The notes below the pieces were generated by a model that saw only the letters and a list, made by a program, of their open reading frames with translations, was not told where the DNA came from and did no database searches. 43,864 nucleotides of DNA from Candidatus Latescibacterota bacterium (GTDB lineage Bacteria; Latescibacterota; UBA2968), in NCBI GenBank assembly GCA_038279365.1, contig JAYODI010000048.1:1-43864 (forward strand), given 5' to 3'. Shown here one piece after another: positions 37,256 through 43,864 of this stretch. The translations under genes and the position numbers were made by a program. Within the stretch, counting starts at the first letter, position 1. Each line of letters starts with the position of its first letter.

Positions 37256-40135
37256 TTATTTGTATTGTCGTGTTTTTTTCCAAGTGTTCAGATCTTCAAA
37301 CGAAGGTTTGAGGCCATATGTGGCTTCGTGGTCACGTGCAAAGCCGAGGGTGGTTTGCATGCGCCGTGTCTTTTCTGATAACGTGGTTTTGAGCACGGTG
37401 CCCACTTCTTCTTTGGTGAGTGTTTGCAGGGCGTTGATGGCTTTTTGATTGCGATCAAAGTCGCCATCATAGGTAAAGGCTTGCGCATTGAGTTCACTGG
37501 CTTTTTCGGCAATGGTTTTGGCTTTTTTCTTAAGCTCTTCCAGTGCGGTTGCTTTTAAATTTTCAAATGCTTCATCAGGCATGGTTTCAAATTTTTCGAT
37601 ATATGTGGCAATAAATTCATCGGCACGTTTATTGACTTCATCGGCAGGATACCCGTCAGATTGAATGATGAAGTAGGCATAAATGCTGGTGCGTTCGAGT
37701 GAGGCCACACCCGCGGCGGCAATGTAGCCCAACTGCTGGTTGGATCGCATTTCAGTGAAAAAGGGGCGGTCAACAAAGCTGCCTAAAATGAGGGCTATGC
37801 CGTGGTTTTTTGGAGAATTTTCGCCCATGTAATAATTGCGTCTAAAACCCGAGTTGTTGACTTCGAGTTTGGAAATGGACCACAGGGCTTCAGGCTCATT
37901 TTGACGCAGATAGGTTTGCTCAAATGTGGTTTCTTTGGGTACGGGTTGCATGTTGAGGTTTTGTTGCATTTTGCGCGTGAGGGCCTTGGCTTGTTCGGCG
38001 GGTAAGTTGCCATGTACCAGGGCTTCGATGAACCCTTTTTGATACAGGGTTTGTGCAAAGGTTTGAATGTCTGATAAGGTGAGGGTTTCCAAAATGGCCA
38101 GTTGTTCTTCTGGGGTATACGATACAGCGTTGAGCATGTCATAAGCATAGGCGCGAACTGTGCGCCAGGCTTCTTGTTTGGGAAAGTTTTTGTGGTTGCG
38201 GATGTTGCGGTCTTTAATGGCCTCAAAGGTTTGTTGTGTGATGTTTACATTTTTCATGTGTTCGAGCACGTTGGCATATAATTTTTCGGCTGATTCATCA
38301 AAGCCATCAATGCTAAAATAAACTCCTTCATAGCCGTTTTGAAAACGGTAGTTGAGACCTGCTAAGGAGGCGGGGTAGGCCAGTTCGTTGAGTGATTCGT
38401 TGACACAGTTTGTATAGGTATCGAGTAAGACTTTGAAGCGAGGGGTCATGCGTTCTTGGGGCAGACGGAGCTTGTATTGCAACGATACTTTGGGGCGTAA
38501 AAATTGATGGTCTAAAGAGTGATAAAGTTCTACACCCGGTTCTGTGATGATTTTGGTGGGTGTGACGGTTTCTTGATAGGGGCGGTTGGGAATGGTGGCC
38601 TGTTTGGGCATAAAAGGGTTGGGTGCAGGTAAGTGCAGGTTGGAATCGATGGATATCGTTTTAAGTGTGGCATACAGGCTGTCATTTTCGATGTATTCAT
38701 ATGAAGTGCCAAAAAAGGGTTCTGTTTTTGTGGTGGGCAGGCCTTTGGCTGTGAGGGTGATAATCATGTTGTTGGGGCGCAAGTAAGAAAGCAAACGTTT
38801 ATATGCGGCTGGATTTTCTTTTCCATAAAGGTAGTTGATGCGTTCGGCTACTTCGAGTGGATATTTGGAAAGGGTGCGGCCCAATGCAGAGGCATAGCTG
38901 TATCCTTCTCCTCGGTCGGTGTAGATTTCATCGAGTTTGGCTTTGGCGGCAAGCTCTTGGTAATAGTAGGAGGGATAGGATTCTTTTTTGAGCATTTCGA
39001 TGTAAGACAAACACAGGCGAACCACGTCTTGATAGTTTTCGAGTCCTTTGGGTGTGACGGTTACAGTCATGCTCACACGCCCAAAGTCGAGCGTCCAGAG
39101 ATAGGCGCCGGAACTCAGGCCGGTTGCATATCCTTTTTGTTTAAGGAGTGATAGCAGGCTGCCTTTGCCTTCGTGACCAATGAGGCTGCCCAACAGGGCA
39201 TCGGGTTTGCTTTTGTAGTCTTGATAGTAGGAGGGTAAGGGAAATTCAATTTCGATGGTGCGGATGTCTTTGATGGGTTCGATGTGAATGAGACGAACGG
39301 TTTCTTTTTCGGGTTGATAATTTTCTTCGTATTGAATTTGCCCCAGTTTTTTGTTTTCGATGGGTGTGAAATATTTGGTGGCCCAAGCTTGCAAGGTGTC
39401 TAAGGGTGCTTTGCCCAATAAGACCAAGCGCATGCGATCTGCACTGTATGTGTTGTTATAAAAGGTGAGCAGTTCTTCTGGTGTGACCCCTGTGAGGGTT
39501 TCTGTGGAGCCGACAACAAATTTAGATACGGGATGGTCTTGGCGCAGAAACAATTTCTGAACCTGAGACGTGCGCCATCCGTCGTTTTCGAGTAGGCGTT
39601 GAAATTCGGAGTTAACAGCATTGATTTCGCGCTCGGTGTAGGTTTTGTCAAAGAGTGGCGCAATAAAGAATTGCGAGAGGCGATCTAACGCGCCTTCAAA
39701 GGCATCGTGTTTGATGTCGAGGTGATAGTTGGTGTGATCGCTGGTGGTATACGCATTTCGCCAGCCCCCATTTTCGCTGATGTATTGGGGGTAGTCATCT
39801 ACAGCAGGATATTTTTGAGTGCCCATAAAGAGCATGTGCTCTAAGTAGTGCGCCATGCCCAATCGCTCTTTGGGGTCACTCATTGAACCAATGGTGACGG
39901 TGAGCGATGCGGCAGATTTGTTGAACTTGGGGTCGGAGATGATGAGCACCGGAATGCCATTGTCTAAGACAAATCGACGGATTTCAGATTGGTCTAAGGG
40001 GTGTTTTTGAACTGTTGATGTGGTTTGTGGTTGAACCGCTGTTGTTTGGGGTTCTGGCATTGTGGCCTGGTTTGCGGCACACGATAAAAATGAAACGCAG
40101 AACAGAATGCTAAATATACGCAGGAAGTTGCGCAT
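37256..40135 (-). CDS. M16A pitrilysin/insulin-degrading-enzyme-like peptidase, probable lipoprotein
   Basis: GMAHYLEHMLFMGTQKYP, NAYT, FFIAPLF, REINAVNSE, LIGHEGKGSL, MRSNQQLGY; lipobox-like FLSC. Confidence 0.92.
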   Translation of the reverse strand: MRNFLRIFSILFCVSFLSCAANQATMPEPQTTAVQPQTTSTVQKHPLDQSEIRRFVLDNGIPVLIISDPKFNKSAASLTVTIGSMSDPKERLGMAHYLEHMLFMGTQKYPAVDDYPQYISENGGWRNAYTTSDHTNYHLDIKHDAFEGALDRLSQFFIAPLFDKTYTEREINAVNSEFQRLLENDGWRTSQVQKLFLRQDHPVSKFVVGSTETLTGVTPEELLTFYNNTYSADRMRLVLLGKAPLDTLQAWATKYFTPIENKKLGQIQYEENYQPEKETVRLIHIEPIKDIRTIEIEFPLPSYYQDYKSKPDALLGSLIGHEGKGSLLSLLKQKGYATGLSSGAYLWTLDFGRVSMTVTVTPKGLENYQDVVRLCLSYIEMLKKESYPSYYYQELAAKAKLDEIYTDRGEGYSYASALGRTLSKYPLEVAERINYLYGKENPAAYKRLLSYLRPNNMIITLTAKGLPTTKTEPFFGTSYEYIENDSLYATLKTISIDSNLHLPAPNPFMPKQATIPNRPYQETVTPTKIITEPGVELYHSLDHQFLRPKVSLQYKLRLPQERMTPRFKVLLDTYTNCVNESLNELAYPASLAGLNYRFQNGYEGVYFSIDGFDESAEKLYANVLEHMKNVNITQQTFEAIKDRNIRNHKNFPKQEAWRTVRAYAYDMLNAVSYTPEEQLAILETLTLSDIQTFAQTLYQKGFIEALVHGNLPAEQAKALTRKMQQNLNMQPVPKETTFEQTYLRQNEPEALWSISKLEVNNSGFRRNYYMGENSPKNHGIALILGSFVDRPFFTEMRSNQQLGYIAAAGVASLERTSIYAYFIIQSDGYPADEVNKRADEFIATYIEKFETMPDEAFENLKATALEELKKKAKTIAEKASELNAQAFTYDGDFDRNQKAINALQTLTKEEVGTVLKTTLSEKTRRMQTTLGFARDHEATYGLKPSFEDLNTWKKTRQYK

Positions 40136-40262
40136 GAACGGCTCCTTCGAATGAGATGGGATAATCGATTTTTATTTTTGATGTCGGAGATACACAATAT
40201 GTTTCAAGATGATATGACAATATAAATGGATTGGGTAGGGTTCTACCACTGTTTTTTTAAGC

Positions 40263-40295
40263 AAGGCTTCGACTTTTATGTATCGAAGCCTTTTT
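40263..40295 (+). terminator. Terminator-like hairpin in a divergent intergenic region
   Basis: AAGGCTTCGA-10 nt-TCGAAGCCTT followed by TTT. Confidence 0.5.
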
Positions 40296-40562
40296 GGTTG
40301 GGTGTTTCAGTGGGAGGACTTTTAGAATTGAACGTTTTGAAGCATGAATATAAGGATGGTGAACATGGTGTTTCAGGTTATGTTCGCTGGTTTTTTTGTT
40401 TTTGAAACTGTGTTGTGCGATGGGTCTTGGGTATCCAGTGTTTTTACAGCATTTTATGAATTTTGTGATAAAAAGTATTCCATTTTTGAGTGCTTGGAAT
40501 GCCTTTTGCGAAAGAGATGGATAGAAGCGTATTTCTTTTGGTTTTAGATATCGGATTGTTTT

Positions 40563-41864
40563 ATGACCGCGCAAGTGCACACACAATCTTTTCCTGTAAA
40601 TGGACATCATAAAAAGCGGACTTTGACGGATGTTCCTCAATCGGCAATTCAGGAAGATATCTCTCCTCCAGAATTTCAGGCAGTTGGGTTTCGATTTGTG
40701 CGCTATTTCTTGGTGGTCATTTTGGGTGTTGTGGGCAGTATGATTGGAGGCATTGTCTTTTTGGGGTGGCATTTGGGTATGGATATCACGGTTGAAGGAC
40801 AAGGGGTGATAGAACCCACTGTTCGATATGAAGTAAAGGTGCAACGGTCGGGTTTAATTCAAAAGGTTTATGTACATCATGAGGATCACGTAGAACTGGG
40901 TGATTTGATGCTTTCTTTGGATGATACAGATTTGCGCAGTGAGTTGACGCAAATTGAACAGGAGTTGATTATGAACCAGAGTCGCCGTGTTGCATTGGAC
41001 GCAGAACTCGAACGAGAGCGTGCCGTGTTGGAGACTGACGTTACACGTGCGGAAATGGCGTATGAAACGGCTCGATTACAGTTGTTACAGATTCAAAAAG
41101 AGTATCAGATTTATCACAAATATTCACCGTACCGCTTAGATGGAAGTGTGAGACCTACTCTTGAGACATTAATGCCTATTCGTTTGCATCAAACAAGGGT
41201 TCATCGTGCTGAGGTGGATATTGAGTATGCAAAACGGCGTTTGAATGCTTTGGAAAGTCGCAAACAAGAGTTGCGTTCTTTAGCACAGGTGTATGAAAAA
41301 TTACAAGTTGATCGTCGCCTCATTCAAACACATTTGAACAATTTGAAGGTTTATGCACCCGTTTCGGGCACGGTATTGACACGTGATTTGGATAAGCGCA
41401 CAGGAGATAGGCTTCAAGCGGGTGATGCGGTTGTCGAGTTGGCAGAGTTAGATGGGTGGCGAGCAGAAGTGATGATTCAAGAAGTCGATTTGCCTAAGGT
41501 GCATGTTGGGCAAGTCGTCAGGCTTTATGTGAATGCTTTTCCACATATGACGTACAAGGTTTTTGAAGGAGAAGTGACGGATGTGCCGCGTAAGCCAGAG
41601 TTGATAAAACCTGTTGAGGCAGGTGCTGATTTTGGTGGTATGAGGCGTGTTTATCCGGTAAAGGTGCGTGTGTTAGATCCGTATGTTTCAGATGGTGAAA
41701 AGGTGTATTCGCTGGCTTATGGTATGGGGGTAGATGCAAAGATTGTAACAGAGCGTGGACCCATCGTTGATTTGATTTGGAAGAAGTTTTTGAAAACGGT
41801 TGGCAAAATTGGACGGCCTGAAATCTATCGATTATCAGATGGTATGAATCACGTAGCGAATTAG
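40563..41864 (+). CDS. HlyD-family membrane fusion protein
   Basis: Single TM helix, V.GQGVIEP, SGLIQKVYV....V..GD.MLSLD, long coiled coil, VYAPVSGTV, V.VGQ.V.L.V.AFP...Y. Confidence 0.9.
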   Translation: MTAQVHTQSFPVNGHHKKRTLTDVPQSAIQEDISPPEFQAVGFRFVRYFLVVILGVVGSMIGGIVFLGWHLGMDITVEGQGVIEPTVRYEVKVQRSGLIQKVYVHHEDHVELGDLMLSLDDTDLRSELTQIEQELIMNQSRRVALDAELERERAVLETDVTRAEMAYETARLQLLQIQKEYQIYHKYSPYRLDGSVRPTLETLMPIRLHQTRVHRAEVDIEYAKRRLNALESRKQELRSLAQVYEKLQVDRRLIQTHLNNLKVYAPVSGTVLTRDLDKRTGDRLQAGDAVVELAELDGWRAEVMIQEVDLPKVHVGQVVRLYVNAFPHMTYKVFEGEVTDVPRKPELIKPVEAGADFGGMRRVYPVKVRVLDPYVSDGEKVYSLAYGMGVDAKIVTERGPIVDLIWKKFLKTVGKIGRPEIYRLSDGMNHVAN

Positions 41865-41869
41865 GTGAT

Positions 41870-43588
41870 GTGATGCGACAAATATTAAAAATCATTAAAA
41901 TGCTCAGGTCTTACTGGCGGTTTATCATGCAATCTCTCCTTGTGGGGATTATGGTGATGTTGCTCCAAATACCTGGGCCTTATATCACCAAGGTTTTGAT
42001 TGATGATGTGTATCCTCACAAAGATTATACATTGTTGACGTTTGTTTTGATTTTTGGAGCCGTTATGTCTGTGGGCTTAGGGCTCACTGGTTTGCTCAGT
42101 GGTTATTTTGGTTCTTGCGTGGGTGTCAATATGGGTTTGGATTTTAAGTCGCGTTTTTATAGTCATATTCAATCTTTGGATTTCAGCTTTTTTGATGGTC
42201 GACAGACAGGTGAAATATTGTCTCGTTTTAGAGATATGGACAGTGCAATTGACAGTACGATTGGTTTGGTAAACAGTTTGATTATGAACACGCTTCAACT
42301 GCTTATTTTCCCTCCAATTTTGCTGTATATCAATTGGAAACTTGCGTTGATCAGTTTGCTTGTTTTGCCTTTTGATACAACGCTGGTCATCGTGTCTAAG
42401 AAATATTTGAGTCGCATTTCGAAGAAGGTCACTGAAGCTTCGGCAGATTTGTCGGCCAAAACATTTGAGTCGATTTCGGGTATTCGAACGGTTCAATCTT
42501 TGGGATTGGAAACGTCATTTTATCATAAGTTGCGGACATTGTTTATTCAGGTGTCACATTTGCGAATCAGGATGTCTCTTTTGAGTGGGAGCACTGGTTT
42601 TATTGGCACCATGATTAAAACGACGGGTACGTTGGCTTATGGGTGGTATGGATGGACAGAGGTTTTGGCAGGCAATTTATCTTTGGGTAGTTATATGGCC
42701 TTTTCAGGATATGTGGGCTACCTCTATGGACCTATTGGCAATCTCATTGGTTTGATTGGGCGTATTGAAATGATGCTGGTTCGGATTAACAGATTTTTTG
42801 AAGTGTATGATTTGCGTCCTGAAATTCAGGATCGACCTCATATGCCTATGCTAAAATCTGTACAAGGTGAAATCGGTTTTCATAATGTGACCTTTTGTTA
42901 TGCCAATAATCAGCCTGTTCTTCGCGATATCACGTTATGTCTACCTGCACAAACAACCGTTGCTCTGGTTGGCAAGAGTGGGTCAGGTAAGTCAACATTG
43001 GCCAAGTTGATTCCCCGGTTTTATGACCCACAAGATGGATATGTTTCTATTGATGGACACGATATTCGGCAGTTTCGTTTGAAATCTGTTCGTCAGCAAG
43101 TGGGTTTTGCAATGCAGGGTAATACCTTATTTCAAGGTAGTATTTGGGATAATCTCACTTTTGGTCAGGATATCTTAAGGCGAGATGTGGAAGATGCAAC
43201 ACGCGCAGCTTATATCCACGATTTTATTGCGATGCTACCAGAAGGTTACGACACATTGGTGGGCGAGCAAGGTGCTCAAATGTCTGAAGGCCAGAAGCAA
43301 CGTATCGCACTGGCACGGGTGTTGTTGATGAACACGCCCATTCTAATTTTAGACGAACCGACCTCTGCGTTAGATATGGAGTCGGAATATCATGTTCAGG
43401 AAGCATTGAAAACTGTGAAAGAAGGGCGAACTACAATCATTATCGCACATAGGCTTTCTACGATTCAAAATGCGGATGAAATTGTGGTTTTGGATAATGG
43501 GCAAATAGCGGAAAAAGGAACACACGATTTGTTGATGATTCGGGGAGGGGTTTATGCGGGGTTGAATGAAAGGATGGCTAGTATATAA
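41870..43588 (+). CDS. ABC exporter (TMD+NBD), peptide/protein export type, without C39 domain
   Basis: N-terminal TM domain, FFDGRQTGEILSRF, Walker A GKSGSGKS, signature MSEGQKQR, ILDEPTSALD, IAHRLST. Start GTG 41870 or ATG 41873. Confidence 0.92.
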   Translation: MMRQILKIIKMLRSYWRFIMQSLLVGIMVMLLQIPGPYITKVLIDDVYPHKDYTLLTFVLIFGAVMSVGLGLTGLLSGYFGSCVGVNMGLDFKSRFYSHIQSLDFSFFDGRQTGEILSRFRDMDSAIDSTIGLVNSLIMNTLQLLIFPPILLYINWKLALISLLVLPFDTTLVIVSKKYLSRISKKVTEASADLSAKTFESISGIRTVQSLGLETSFYHKLRTLFIQVSHLRIRMSLLSGSTGFIGTMIKTTGTLAYGWYGWTEVLAGNLSLGSYMAFSGYVGYLYGPIGNLIGLIGRIEMMLVRINRFFEVYDLRPEIQDRPHMPMLKSVQGEIGFHNVTFCYANNQPVLRDITLCLPAQTTVALVGKSGSGKSTLAKLIPRFYDPQDGYVSIDGHDIRQFRLKSVRQQVGFAMQGNTLFQGSIWDNLTFGQDILRRDVEDATRAAYIHDFIAMLPEGYDTLVGEQGAQMSEGQKQRIALARVLLMNTPILILDEPTSALDMESEYHVQEALKTVKEGRTTIIIAHRLSTIQNADEIVVLDNGQIAEKGTHDLLMIRGGVYAGLNERMASI

Positions 43589-43638
43589 AGCTGGAAATAA
43601 GAATTCAGTGAAAGAAACACACGATTTGTTGATGATTC
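43519..43638 (+). repeat. 23-bp direct repeat duplicating the ABC gene 3' end
   Basis: AACACACGATTTGTTGATGATTC at 43519-43541 (coding) and 43616-43638 (intergenic). Confidence 0.88.
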
Positions 43639-43747
43639 AATATGGAGATTATACACAATTAAAGGTATAGGGAGTATTTGAATAATTAGACGTAGAAAAC
43701 AAAATAAATAGCCTTCGGGAACTTATATTTTAACAAGGAGATTGGTT

Positions 43748-43864
43748 ATGAAGCTTTACAAAAAACCTGCTTATTCTTATGAGAATACTTATAATAGATT
43801 GCATTACACAAAGCTTTATGGAGAAGAGCTTCCTGATAACGTTGGTGAATGGGTTGAGCAGACT
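43748..43864 (+). CDS. Partial ORF running off the window; candidate exported peptide or RiPP precursor
   Basis: RBS AAGGAG at 43735-43740; reads MKLYKKPAYSYENTYNRLHYTKLYGEELPDNVGEWVEQT with no stop before the edge. Confidence 0.65.
   Translation, partial: MKLYKKPAYSYENTYNRLHYTKLYGEELPDNVGEWVEQT

Noticed and set aside
40257-40844. 195-aa minus-strand ORF
   Set aside because: Overlaps the hlyD 5' end in antisense and shows no recognisable domain

Overview
Bacterial chromosomal segment; the + strand is G/T-rich whichever strand carries the gene. From left to right: the 3' part of cydB; an orphan membrane-anchored protein with QW-like repeats; and a long + strand catabolic run (UxaA-family dehydratase, Na+/solute symporter, GT-C/TPR fusion, beta-propeller, SGNH esterase, ANKH-like transporter, FAD oxidoreductase, two SDRs, sulfatase, cupin, serine hydrolase). 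Next come a MacB-type permease behind an apparently complete sigma54/IHF/enhancer promoter, a DUF6516 toxin-antitoxin pair, a Gfo/Idh/MocA oxidoreductase and a TrmH methylase. The - strand then carries a variant ccm cytochrome c maturation cluster (CxxxY CcmE plus CcmH), a THUMP-like methyltransferase, a decayed PIN toxin-antitoxin pair and two exported M16 peptidases. The window ends with a HlyD/ABC exporter followed by a truncated small ORF with a YxxP leader-like start. The best leads are (1) a bacterial protein resembling vertebrate ANKH along its whole length, (2) a possible RiPP export locus at the right edge, and (3) short repeat elements at gene junctions, one apparently translated inside ccmH. 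No rRNA, tRNA, CRISPR array or transposase was seen. All family calls come from motif recognition by eye, not database searches.
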